64,000 nt of DNA from an uncultured Chloroflexia bacterium (lineage in GTDB: Bacteria; Chloroflexota; Limnocylindria; Limnocylindrales; CSP1-4): the NCBI GenBank assembly GCA_963726055.1, contig CAVSAP010000006.1:787051-851050 (forward strand). Reading direction: 5' to 3'. Shown here one piece after another: positions 52,321 through 62,040 of this stretch. The notes under the pieces are model-generated. The model did not search any database. It saw only the letters and a program-made list of their open reading frames with translations, and had not been told where the DNA came from. Position 1 is the first letter of the stretch, and each line of letters starts with the position of its first letter. The position numbers and the translations under genes were made by a program.

Positions 52321-53358
52321 GTGAACTGCCCGAGGAAGCGGAGGTCGTTCTCCATGTAGAGCCGCAGGTCGCCGACAGAGTGGCGGAGATTGGCGATCCG
52401 CTCGACACCCATCCCGAAGGCGAAGCCCTGGTATCGCTCCGGGTCGAGGCCGCCGTATTGGAGGACGACCGGGTGGACCATCCCTGCGCCAAGAATCGTC
52501 ATCCAGCCAGTCCGTGAGCAGGCCGGACAGCCCGTGCCTCCGCAGACGAGGCACTCGACGTCGAACGCCACCGACGGCTCCGTGAACGGGTAGTAGCCGG
52601 GTCGAAACCTGGTCTTCTTGTCGGCGCCGTAGAGCGCCTTCGCGAACTGGTCGAGGAGGCCCTTCAGATCGGCCAGCGTCGTGCCTTCGTCGACCATCAG
52701 GCCCTCGACCTGGAAGAACTCCGAGGCGTGGCTCGCATCGATCGCCTCGTACCGGTAGCAGCGACCGGGCAGCAGCGCCCGGATCGGCGGCTTCTCCTGG
52801 TGCATGACGCGAATCTGGCCCGGCGATGTGTGGGTCCGCAGCAGATGACCCTCGACGTCGACGTAGAGCGTGTCCCAGAGGTCTCGCGAGGGATGATCCG
52901 GCGGGATGTTCAGCATCTGGAAGTTGGTGAGGTCGTCCTCGACCTCGGGCCCCTCGTAGACGACGAACCCGAACTGGCCGAGGACGTCGGCGATGGCCTC
53001 GATCGTTTCGGGGATCGGGTGGAGCGCTCCGCGCCGGAACGGCCGGCCAGGCAGCGTGACGTCGATCGCCTCCGCCGACAGGCGAGCCTCGAGCGCCGAT
53101 CCCCGGAGCAGCGCACCCCGCTCGGCGAGCGCGGTTTCGATCGCCTCTCGGACCACGTTCGCGACCGCTCCGACTCGCGGCCGGTCCTCCGGCGGCAGCC
53201 CACCGATCCCGCGGAGGATCGGTCGTCAAGCGGCCTTTTCGGCCGAGCACGTCGAGTTCGATCGCTTCGAGCGCCGGCACATCGGCCGCAGCCGCGATGG
53301 CAGCGATCGCCTCGTCGCGCAGCGTCTCGAGATCACGGGTGAGATCTGTCAGGTCCAC
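52317..53358 (-). CDS. pheS: Phenylalanine--tRNA ligase alpha subunit, N-terminal frameshift
   Basis: Class II motifs 'FRPGYYPFTEPS' and 'GFAFGMGVERI'. Confidence 0.7.
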
Positions 53359-53435
53359 TCGTCCCTCAGCTGAGAATCACGAACCCTCGAACGTCGTTGA
53401 CGTCGAGGGCTCAGGGTACGGCCTCTCCCGAGGCG

Positions 53436-53786
53436 TTATGCGCTCTTCACGGCCTCGACGATCTTTGTAAACGTGCCGGCATCGCGAACCGCGACGTCGG
53501 CCAGCGACTTGCGATCGAGCTCGATCTCCGCCTTCTTGAGCCCGGCGACGAACGCGCCGTAGGTCATCCCGTTCTGGCGGGCGGCGGCGTTGATCCGGAT
53601 GATCCACAGCTGGCGCAGCTGCCGCTTCCGCTGCTTGCGGTCGCGCGTCGCGTAGGCCATCGCGTGGAGGCTCGCCTCGCGGGCCGGCTTGATGAGCTTC
53701 GACTTGGTGCCCATCCGGCCTTCCGCCGCGTTGAGGAGGCGCTTGTGGCGCCTGTGGGCTGTGACGCCTCGCTTGACTCGTGCCAT
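53436..53786 (-). CDS. rplT: 50S ribosomal protein L20
   Basis: '[16 protein letters not shown]'. Confidence 0.9.
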   Translation of the reverse strand: MARVKRGVTAHRRHKRLLNAAEGRMGTKSKLIKPAREASLHAMAYATRDRKQRKRQLRQLWIIRINAAARQNGMTYGAFVAGLKKAEIELDRKSLADVAVRDAGTFTKIVEAVKSA

Positions 53787-53801
53787 CGGGTTGAATCGCT
53801 C

Positions 53802-53999
53802 CTAGAGATACGGCAGCAGGCGACGAACCTGCTTGAGGTGAACCTTGGTCATGACTGCCTTGCCGGCGTAGCGACGGGTGCGGCGAGACGACTTGATCTC
53901 GAGGTGGTGCCCTCGCCAGGCCTTGACCCGGTACACCTTGCCGCCGCCGGTGACCCCGATCCGCTTCTGGGCTGCCTTGTGGCTCTTGATCTTGGGCAC
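53802..53999 (-). CDS. rpmI: 50S ribosomal protein L35
   Basis: 'MPKIKSHKAAQKR'. Confidence 0.9.
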   Translation of the reverse strand: MPKIKSHKAAQKRIGVTGGGKVYRVKAWRGHHLEIKSSRRTRRYAGKAVMTKVHLKQVRRLLPYL

Positions 54000-54006
54000 C
54001 GTTGCC

Positions 54007-54882
54007 TCACTCTCCTGTCGGAGCCGGCGGGTTGGCGGCCGGCGAGTCGCTCGTCTTCTTCGTTGTGGTTGTCTTCGTCGGTTTCGCCGCCGCCGAGGAG
54101 GCCGTCGCGGTTGCTGTCGCCGGCTTCGCCGCGGCGGGCTCCGCGACCTTGGCTGGCGTGGCGGCTGCCGGCTTTGCTTCGGCCGCTGCCGTTGTGGCCG
54201 CTGGCTTCGATTCTGATTTTGCGCCCGCCGCTACGGGCTCTGGCTCTGCAGCCGGCTCTGGCGCCGTCTCCGTTCGCGCGGGGATCGGGGCCGCGTCAGG
54301 TGCCGCACCGTTTGTTCGTTCAGCCGCCTCGCCTGGCCGCGGTGGCTTCGTCGGGACTTCGTGTTCCTTGGGCTTGTGCAGCGAGGCAACCGTGAGGTGC
54401 ATCGACTTGCCTTCGAGGAGCGGCGTCCGCTCCGGCGTTCCGTGTTCCTTGATCCTGTCGGTGAACCTCGTCAGCATGTTCCGACCGAGCTCCGGGTGCG
54501 TCAGCTCCCGGCCACGGAAGCGGACGGTCACCTTGATCCGGTCGCCGTCCTCGAGGAACTCGATCGCCCGATGGACCTTCGTGTCGAAGTCGCCCGAGCC
54601 GATCTTCGGCGTGAGGCGAACTTCCTTGAACGTCACCGAGCGCTGCCGGCGCTTGGCCTCCTTATCCCGCTTCGTCAGTTCGTACTTGTACTGCCCGAAG
54701 TCGAGAAACTTGACCACCGGCGGGGAGGCCATCGGGGCAACCTCGACGAGGTCGTACCCCCGCTCCTGCGCCATCTCGAGAGCCTGGGCCGTGGGCATTA
54801 CACCCAGCTGGGCTCCCTCTTCATCGACGACCCGAACCTGCGGGATTCGGATCATCTGGTTGACGCGCAGGTCTCGTGCTAT
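54007..54882 (-). CDS. infC: Translation initiation factor IF-3 with a non-AUG (ATA) start and a ~110-aa Ala/Pro/Thr/Lys-rich C-terminal tail
   Basis: IF3 core 'IARDLRVNQMIRIPQVRVVDEEGAQLGV...' ends at about aa 175 and is followed by a low-complexity tail. The ATA lies 6 nt after AAGGGG. Confidence 0.75.
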   Translation of the reverse strand: MARDLRVNQMIRIPQVRVVDEEGAQLGVMPTAQALEMAQERGYDLVEVAPMASPPVVKFLDFGQYKYELTKRDKEAKRRQRSVTFKEVRLTPKIGSGDFDTKVHRAIEFLEDGDRIKVTVRFRGRELTHPELGRNMLTRFTDRIKEHGTPERTPLLEGKSMHLTVASLHKPKEHEVPTKPPRPGEAAERTNGAAPDAAPIPARTETAPEPAAEPEPVAAGAKSESKPAATTAAAEAKPAAATPAKVAEPAAAKPATATATASSAAAKPTKTTTTKKTSDSPAANPPAPTGE

Positions 54883-55027
54883 GGCTGACCCCTTCGAGCT
54901 TGTTTCGGCAATTTCCAGCGACCGAAACAGCGGGCACGCAGCGGCCCGGGCGCGGTCGCCGCGGGACTATAGCACAGGCCCCGAATCACGGGCAATCGAG
55001 CCATCGCCGTGTCGCTATGCTGAGTAG

Positions 55028-55258
55028 GTGATCCTCGAATTCCTCATCGCGGTCGCGGCAATCGTCGCCGCCTGGATCGCCGCCCGACGATGGGCGCTGC
55101 GGTACACCGCGCATTACGGGCGGCGACCGCCGAATGGCTGGATGTTCGCCCGCGTGGACAACCGCACGCTCGAGCGCGAGCGCTTGGTGCTGCTTGCGAT
55201 CCTCGTCCTGACGGTCGTGGTCGCGCTGCTCGTCCTGAAGCGCACCTACCCGGGCTGA
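55028..55258 (+). CDS. Small 2-TM membrane protein (hypothetical)
   Basis: 76-aa ORF with a GTG start and two hydrophobic helices. Confidence 0.3.
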   Translation: MILEFLIAVAAIVAAWIAARRWALRYTAHYGRRPPNGWMFARVDNRTLERERLVLLAILVLTVVVALLVLKRTYPG

Positions 55259-55262
55259 CCGG

Positions 55263-57044
55263 TCAGGCAGCTTCGGGCTGTCCGCGCGCAATGGCGGCCG
55301 CAGCATAGACGGCGAAGGCCTCGGGATCGAGCGGGCGGGCGAAGTGAAAGCCCTGGGCGTACCGGCAGCCAAGGTCCGTCAGCGCCTGGATCTGAACCGG
55401 CTCCTCCACTCCCTCCGCGATCGTGCGCAGATTGAGACTGCTGCCGAGCGAGATGATCGTCCGGACGATGGCCGTGTCGCCGTCCTTCGTGCCGAGATCC
55501 TGGATGAACGAGCGGTCGATCTTCAGGATGTCGATCGGGAAGCGGCGGAGGTACGCCAGCGATGAGTAGCCCGTGCCGAAGTCGTCCAGCGCGAGCCGAA
55601 TCCCGAGCGCCCTGAGTGACGAGAGTTGACCGATGACGTAATCGGTGTCCTGGAGCAACACGCCTTCGGTGATCTCGAGGACCAGGGATTCAGGCGCAAG
55701 TCCGGTCTCCGCCAACACCGCGGCGACATAGTTGACCAGCGCCGGATCGCGAACCTGGCGGGCCGACAGGTTGACGGCGATCGTGAAGTCCGCGGCGACG
55801 ATGCCCTCCGCCTTCCAGCCCGCTACACGCTTGCAGACAGCGGCGATCATCTGCTCTCCGATCCGGACGATGACGTCAGTCTCGTCCGCGATCGGGATGA
55901 ATTCGCCGGGCGGGACGATGCCCCGGAGCGGGTCCGTCCAGCGGGCAAGAGCCTCGGCTCCGATCATCCGACCGGTTTCGAGCTCCACGATCGGCTGGAA
56001 CGCGACCTTGATCGCGCCGGTTTCGACCGCCAGCTCGAGATCCTGCCGGAGGCGAAGCCAATTCACGACGTCGGCCCGCATTTTCGGATCGAAGAATTCG
56101 TATTGACCCGGGCCGCGGCTCTTCGCCATGTACATCGCCAGATCCGCGTTGCGGACGAGGGTATCCGGCGTGTCCCTGCCGTGGCCGATCGCGATCCCGA
56201 TGCTCGCTCGCGGCATGACGACATGGTCGTGAACCCGGAGGGGCTGCGCAATTGCGGCGCGAACGCGTTCGATGATCGGAACGATTTCCTCGGTCGTGGA
56301 GACGTCGTGAACGAGGATCGCGAATTCATCGCCGCCGTAGCGCGCCACCGAGTCGCCGGCCCGGACCGAACCTCGAAGCCGCTCGGCAACTGCGCTCAGG
56401 AGCTCATCGCCCGCGGCATGGCCGAGCGAGTCGTTTACCTGCTTGAGTCCGTCCAGGTCGATGAACATGACGACCACGGGAGCCTCTGAACGGGCGCTCA
56501 TCATCAATGCCTGGGCGACCCGGTCACCGAACAAGGTCCGGTTCGGCAGGCCGGTGAGCAGGTCGTGGAGACTCTGGTGCTCCACGAGTCGCCACGTCGT
56601 CAGACTCACTGCGCTCGCGGCGAGGATGAATCCGCCGTGGATCGCTGCCCACACGATCGGCGACTGCTGGCCCGCCGCGTGATTGAACACTGAACTGGGA
56701 TCCATCACGCCAACCAGCCCGTGATGGACCACGACGAACGCGATCGCAGCCAGGAACGGCGTCCAACTCTGGTACAGGGCAATCACGCCGACCATGACGA
56801 AGAAGTGGAAGTGCAACTCGATATAGCCGCCGGAGAGATGGACCAGCAGGGCCGACGAAATCAGCAGGCCGATGCTGGCCGCCACCGAACGGGCATTGCG
56901 ACCCAGGATGGACCATCCGGCCAGCAGTGCGGCAAGGGCCGGGAACACCGCCTCTCCCAGGCTGTGAACGAACCCTCTACCCGCCAGCGAGCCGAAGATC
57001 ACGACGATCGGAACATGGAGCCAGAGAAGTAGCGAGACGCCCAT
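55263..57044 (-). CDS. Membrane-anchored GGDEF-EAL protein (diguanylate cyclase / phosphodiesterase)
   Basis: N-terminal multi-TM domain, 'GGDEF' and 'EAL' ('EALARW') signatures. Confidence 0.7.
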   Translation of the reverse strand: MGVSLLLWLHVPIVVIFGSLAGRGFVHSLGEAVFPALAALLAGWSILGRNARSVAASIGLLISSALLVHLSGGYIELHFHFFVMVGVIALYQSWTPFLAAIAFVVVHHGLVGVMDPSSVFNHAAGQQSPIVWAAIHGGFILAASAVSLTTWRLVEHQSLHDLLTGLPNRTLFGDRVAQALMMSARSEAPVVVMFIDLDGLKQVNDSLGHAAGDELLSAVAERLRGSVRAGDSVARYGGDEFAILVHDVSTTEEIVPIIERVRAAIAQPLRVHDHVVMPRASIGIAIGHGRDTPDTLVRNADLAMYMAKSRGPGQYEFFDPKMRADVVNWLRLRQDLELAVETGAIKVAFQPIVELETGRMIGAEALARWTDPLRGIVPPGEFIPIADETDVIVRIGEQMIAAVCKRVAGWKAEGIVAADFTIAVNLSARQVRDPALVNYVAAVLAETGLAPESLVLEITEGVLLQDTDYVIGQLSSLRALGIRLALDDFGTGYSSLAYLRRFPIDILKIDRSFIQDLGTKDGDTAIVRTIISLGSSLNLRTIAEGVEEPVQIQALTDLGCRYAQGFHFARPLDPEAFAVYAAAAIARGQPEAA

Positions 57045-57259
57045 GTGGCGTCGGCGCCACACGGCTGCGGGCAGTGCTCGTCCGGTCGGCAGGTAGAGCG
57101 CGAGGAACGGCGGCAGTCGCGTGACCGTTCGCAGGCGGGCGACTCTGCTCGGCCGGAACGATGGTGTCTCTGCGCCTACGATCACGTGCCCACTGTGCGC
57201 CGATCACGCCGAGGGGCGTCATAGCCCCGATGGCTAGTTCGACTGACCCGTTCGTCCGG

Positions 57260-59146
57260 TCAGGCCGTCTGACCGACCTCTCGCCGGCTGGCCTCGGCGG
57301 CGAGGCGATCGGCGAAGGTCTCCCACGGCTCGGCCGGCTGCTGCTCGCCGGCCCGCGTCCGCGGCGATGCCGTCCTGGCCTCGATCTCGCGATCGCCGAG
57401 GACGACCATGTACGGGACCTTCTGCTCCTGGGCAAGGCGGATCTTGTTCTGCATCCGGTTGTCGGAGCGGTCGACGTCGACGCGAAGGCCGCGAGACCGA
57501 AGGAGCACGGCGAGCTCGTCGGCCGCCTCGATGTGCCGGTCGGCAATCGGAATGACGACCGCCTGGATCGGCGCAATCCACAGGGGAAAGGCGCCCGCGA
57601 AGTGCTCGACGAGGATCCCGATGAAGCGTTCGAGCGAGCCGTAGATCGCCCGATGGATGGCGATCGGCCGCTGTGGCTGGCCGTTCTCGTCGATGTAGGT
57701 CAGGTCGAATCGCTCCGGGAGCATCGTCAGGTCAGCCTGGATCGTCGCCATCTGCCACTCACGCCCGAGCGCGTCGTCGATGTAGATGTCGATCTTCGGC
57801 GCGTAGAACGTCCCGTCCTTCGGCTTCACCACGTAGTCGCCGCCGGCCCGGTCGAGGGCGGCCTTCACGAGGCTCTCCGCCCGCTCCCACAGCGCCGGGT
57901 CGCCGATCGCCTTGTCCGGCTTCGTCGCGAACGCGAATCGCGGTGTCAGGCCGAACCACGAGTACGCCTCGTGGACTTCGCCGAGGACCGCCTCCAGCTC
58001 GTCGGCGAGCTGGTCGGGCCGGACGAAGATGTGGGCGTCGTCCTGGATGAACTGACGGACCCGGGTGAGGCCCGACAGCGTTCCTGATCGCTCGTTTCGG
58101 TGGAGCCGGCCGAACTCGCTGTAGCGTATCGGCAGATCGCGGTACGAGCGGATCCTCGAGCGGTAGATGAATGTCGACTCAGGGCAGTTCATCGGCTTGA
58201 GCCCGAACTCGTGGTCCTCCGATGTCAGCCGGAACATGTTCGCGTCGTAGAGGTCCCAGTGACCCGACTGCTGCCAGAGCTTCTTGTCGACGAGGATCGG
58301 GGTGCTGACCTCCTGGTAGCCGCGCCGTGTCTGGAGCTCCCGCATCGCTCCCTCGAGCGTCCGCCAGATGGTCTGGCCCTTCGGGTGCCAGAAGGCGGAG
58401 CCGGGGCTGACGTCATGGAAGCTGTAGAGATCGAGCTGGACGCCAAGGCGTCGGTGGTCGCGCTTCTTCGCCTCCTGCCGGCGCCAGAGGTATTGATCGA
58501 GCTCATCCTGGGTCGGCCAGACCGTGCCGTAGATCCGTTGGAGCATCGGTCGCTTCTCGTCACCCCGCCAGTAGGCGCCCGCGACGGCGAGAAGCTTGAA
58601 CGGGCCGATCCTGCCGGTGCTCTCGACGTGCGGTCCCTTGCAGAGGTCGACGAAACCGCCGTGCTCGTAGACGGATACCGGTGGCATTGGTGATCCATCG
58701 GCCGCGGCCTTCGCGGCGAGGTCATCGAGGATCTCGACCTTGAACGGCTGGTCGTGCTCGACGAAGAAGGCCCTCCCCTCCTCCGGTGACAGCTCGCGTC
58801 GAACGAACGGGTGATCAGCCGCGACGCTCGCTGCCATGCGCGTCTCGATCGCGGCCAGGTCGTCGGGCTTGAGGGGGCGCTCGAGCTGGAAGTCGTAGTA
58901 GAACCCGTCGTCGATGGCCGGGCCGATCCCGAGCTTCGTGCCCGGAAACAGGTCGAGAACCGCCTCCGCCATGACGTGGGCCGCGGAGTGGCGCATCGGG
59001 TCGAGTGGATCGCCTGCCTCGGCGTCGAGCAGCTCTTCGGCCGAGCCGCGCTCCGGCGCGACGAAGTCCTCGGCGGCCTCGGCGGCCTCGTCGGCCGGTC
59101 GGCCGGCCCCGATGCCGGCGCCTGCTTCACGTCTGCCATCCGTCAC
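57260..59146 (-). CDS. thrS: Threonine--tRNA ligase lacking the N-terminal TGS domain
   Basis: Editing-site 'HSAAHVM' at aa 52. Class II motifs and a C-terminal anticodon-binding domain. The first ~50 aa are low complexity. Confidence 0.85.
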   Translation of the reverse strand: MTDGRREAGAGIGAGRPADEAAEAAEDFVAPERGSAEELLDAEAGDPLDPMRHSAAHVMAEAVLDLFPGTKLGIGPAIDDGFYYDFQLERPLKPDDLAAIETRMAASVAADHPFVRRELSPEEGRAFFVEHDQPFKVEILDDLAAKAAADGSPMPPVSVYEHGGFVDLCKGPHVESTGRIGPFKLLAVAGAYWRGDEKRPMLQRIYGTVWPTQDELDQYLWRRQEAKKRDHRRLGVQLDLYSFHDVSPGSAFWHPKGQTIWRTLEGAMRELQTRRGYQEVSTPILVDKKLWQQSGHWDLYDANMFRLTSEDHEFGLKPMNCPESTFIYRSRIRSYRDLPIRYSEFGRLHRNERSGTLSGLTRVRQFIQDDAHIFVRPDQLADELEAVLGEVHEAYSWFGLTPRFAFATKPDKAIGDPALWERAESLVKAALDRAGGDYVVKPKDGTFYAPKIDIYIDDALGREWQMATIQADLTMLPERFDLTYIDENGQPQRPIAIHRAIYGSLERFIGILVEHFAGAFPLWIAPIQAVVIPIADRHIEAADELAVLLRSRGLRVDVDRSDNRMQNKIRLAQEQKVPYMVVLGDREIEARTASPRTRAGEQQPAEPWETFADRLAAEASRREVGQTA

Positions 59147-59400
59147 GTCCTCCGAGAATCACGAAACCCCTCGCCTTTCGACAGGACGAGAGGTTTGAAC
59201 TCCCGCGGTTCCACCCGCCTTCGCGGTCCCTGTTCCGGCTGACCGTCACATGTTCCGCGCGCTCTGGCCGCGCTATCGGGCGGATCCCGGGCCGGTTCGC
59301 CGGCCGCTCGCGGGTGGTGCGACGCTGTCGGTTGTCGCCGGGCTTCCAGCCAATGGCCCGGCTCTCTGCTGACTCCGTCTCGCCGTCGCGTGTCCCGTTC
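59147..59400 (-). promoter_or_regulatory. T-box riboswitch leader of thrS
   Basis: On the minus strand, GGGTGGAACCGCGGG (complement of 59202-59216) is immediately followed by hairpin CCUCUCG...CGAGGGG and UUUCG. Then come GGAGG and the ATG. Confidence 0.55.
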
Positions 59401-59420
59401 AACGCGTTTTCATGTTGAGT

Positions 59421-59497
59421 TGGTGGGCGACACTGGACTCGAACCAGTGACCTCTTGCATGTCAAGCAAGTGCTCTAACCAGCTGAGCTAGCCGCCC
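59421..59497 (-). tRNA. tRNA-Val (anticodon GAC)
   Basis: Cloverleaf GGGCGGC-TA-GCTC-AGCTGGTTA-GAGC-A-CTTGC-TTGACAT-GCAAG-AGGTC-ACTGG-TTCGAGT-CCAGT-GTCGCCC-ACCA, with an encoded CCA. Confidence 0.85.
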
Positions 59498-59667
59498 GAC
59501 GTCGCTGATCCCGTGACCTGCACGCCTCCAGTGGCTATGGCTGCGGACGTTCCATTTTCCGCAACCGAGGCTGGATTCGTTCAGGCCCAGGGGCCAGCGG
59601 CGACCCGCATTCTACCCGACCCCGCCAGGTGCGAACAACGCCGGGCGCGCTCCGGCTGACTCCAGGA

Positions 59668-60814
59668 CTACGGCGTGCAGCCCACGCACTGGTCCGGGAT
59701 GTTGGCCGGCCTGAAGGTTCGGTGCCGGACTCCGATGACCGTGGCGCCGGGATCGTTGTAGATGCCGCCACCCTGTCCGACGGCGTCGGCAGTGTTCCCG
59801 CCGATCCTCGTTCGCCCGTGCAGCGTCACGACGCCCTTGTTGTAGATGCCGCCACCGAAGTCCGCCGAGTTGCCGCTGATCTCCGAGCCGGTCAGGACGA
59901 GTTGCTCGCTGCCGCTGCCTGGCAGGAAGGCCGGTCCGTTGTGAATGCCGCCGCCGGAGAGGCTCGTGTTGCCGGTGACCTTCGAGCGGATGAGTTTGGC
60001 GATCCCTTCATTCAGTACCCCTCCGCCGAAGAGTGACGTGTTGCGGCTGACAGTCGAATTCAATGAGGGTGAGGTCACCGTGGTTCTCGATGCCGCCGCC
60101 ACTGAACGGAAGCGCGGGATCGCTGTCCGTGACGCTTGTCCGGATCAAGCGTCGCAGTTGCTCCTGCCTGGTTCCAGAGACCCTGCCCGAACCGCCCGCC
60201 ACCGCGCGTGATCTCCGAGTGCTTTCACCACGAGGGTGCCGGCATTGAAGATGTTGCCGCCCATGTACTGCCCGTTGTGATCGATCTTCGAGTCGAGGAT
60301 CGTCGCGTCGCCGTAGTTCGCGATCCCGCCGCCCTGATTCGACGTGTTGTCCGCCACCGTCGAATGCTTCATGACCAGCGTGCCGTTGTTGAGGATCCCG
60401 CCACCACCGCCAGGGCTCTGGTTGTAGCCTCCGGTGACGATGAGTCGCTCGAGTCCGGAGGGTCACGCCCTCGTCGACGGTGAGCACCGAACCCCCAAGC
60501 GCGCCATCGAGCGTGGCGCGCTCGTGCCCGCGATGTGATGCCGCGAGGATGGTCGCGTCCTTCGAGACGACGGTCGCGCCGATACAGGTTCCACGGACGC
60601 GCAGGGTCACGCCGGCCGACGAGGCGTCGAGAGCTGCCTGGACGGTCCGATGGATTGCGTGTGTTCCTTGCGACCAGACGATGCACGTTGGCGTCGGGGG
60701 CGAAGCCGCGACACTGATCGGCAGGGCGAGAATCGCTGTCGCGACGAGCCCCGAAACCAGGATGCGGGTGGCACGGCGAAGCCGTCGCCAGCCGGCGAAA
60801 TGCTGGGTGTTCAT
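59668..60814 (-). pseudogene. Secreted beta-helix protein with polymorphic-membrane-protein-type GGxGxxN repeats, at least 2 frameshifts
   Basis: Signal peptide 'MNTQHFAGWRRLRRATRILVSGLVATAILALPISVAAS'. Repeats 'FGGGVLNEG', 'SGGGIHNG', 'FGGGIYNKG', 'QGGGIYND' and 'QGGGIANYG' are spread across three frames. Confidence 0.45.
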
Positions 60815-60970
60815 GGCGTCCCCCTCGCGCAACGACGGTCGTTTCCGGGACCGTGTCAGCGCGGTTCGCGGTAGCCACCGGCCCATGGACAGACCGTCTC
60901 TTGCCGCGGAAGTACTGTAGTACTTATTCGCCGATATACCTAATGCGCCGAGCCGGTCGGGATCGCGTGT

Positions 60971-61135
60971 TCAGTAGTCGTAGGGGCCGGCGCTCGCCGG
61001 TGGCGCTGAAGCCGGCGCAGACGCTGCGGGTTGATCGGCTCCGCCGGGCTCGACGGTACTGCCACCGCCTGGGACACATGCGGCGAGGGCAAGCACGAGT
61101 ACCAGGCTGAGCGCGAGGCGTGCAAGCTGGGTCAT
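60971..61135 (-). CDS. Small lipoprotein (54 aa)
   Basis: 'MTQLARLALSLVLVLALAACVPGG...' has a lipobox. This ORF is not in the supplied track. Confidence 0.3.
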   Translation of the reverse strand: MTQLARLALSLVLVLALAACVPGGGSTVEPGGADQPAASAPASAPPASAGPYDY

Positions 61136-61194
61136 GGGCAATCCTCCTTCCGGCCGATACGCGCTGCCGCCGACGCCGGTTCTCCCTCCGCTCC

Positions 61195-62040
61195 ATGATG
61201 AGCGCGATGAGAAATGGCGGCGGGTATGAGCTCATCGACGCGGGCGACGGGCGGCGGCTGGAACGGTTCGGCGGGCTCGTCGTCGACCGGCCGGCGCCGA
61301 CGGCGGACGCTCCGCGCCAGTTGCCTTCTGCCTGGGACGACGCCGATCTGCGATTCGATCGGTACCGGGGCTGGAGCGGCCCGGCCGCGAGCGACCGCGA
61401 GCCGGAGCCGTGGGTTCTCGAGGAGAACGGCCTCCGACTGGAGCTTCGGGCGACCGAATCAGGACAGGTCGGCTTCTTTCCGGAGCAGCAAGAGTTCTGG
61501 GCCTGGCTGCACGAGCGAATCCAGGACCGCCCGGGTGGCGCGATCCTCAACCTGTTCGCCTACACCGGCGCCACCACGCTTGCGTTGGCGCGTGAACGTT
61601 CTGAGGTCGTCCACGTCGACGCGTCCCGGCCGGCGGTCGCCTGGGCCCGTCGCAACGCTGAGCTGTCCGGACTGGCCGACCGGCCGATCCGCTGGATCGT
61701 CGACGACGCCGAGACGTTCATCCGGCGCGAGATCCGTCGCGGCAGGCGCTACGACGGGATCGTCCTCGATCCACCGAGCTATGGGCACCCGCCGCGGGGC
61801 CGGGGATCGCGGCTGGAGCATCGGCTCGACGGTCTCCTGGACGCCTGTGCGGCGGTCGCGAAGGAGGAGATGTTCCTCCTGATGACGACCCACACGCCGA
61901 ACCTCGACGCCACCGCTCTGGTCGACGAACTCCATCAGAGAATGGGCGGACGCGAGGCCCAGGCGGGCGATCTCGCCCTGATGGCTCGTTCCGGCGCGCT
62001 GCTGCGGCTGGGCTCGTACGCGCGCATCATCCGTCGATGA
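61195..62040 (+). CDS. Class I SAM-dependent methyltransferase (RlmI/RlmK-like rRNA methyltransferase family)
   Basis: 'ILNLFAYTGATTLA' is the SAM motif I. 'GIVLDPPSYG' is motif IV (DPP). Confidence 0.65.
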   Translation: MMSAMRNGGGYELIDAGDGRRLERFGGLVVDRPAPTADAPRQLPSAWDDADLRFDRYRGWSGPAASDREPEPWVLEENGLRLELRATESGQVGFFPEQQEFWAWLHERIQDRPGGAILNLFAYTGATTLALARERSEVVHVDASRPAVAWARRNAELSGLADRPIRWIVDDAETFIRREIRRGRRYDGIVLDPPSYGHPPRGRGSRLEHRLDGLLDACAAVAKEEMFLLMTTHTPNLDATALVDELHQRMGGREAQAGDLALMARSGALLRLGSYARIIRR

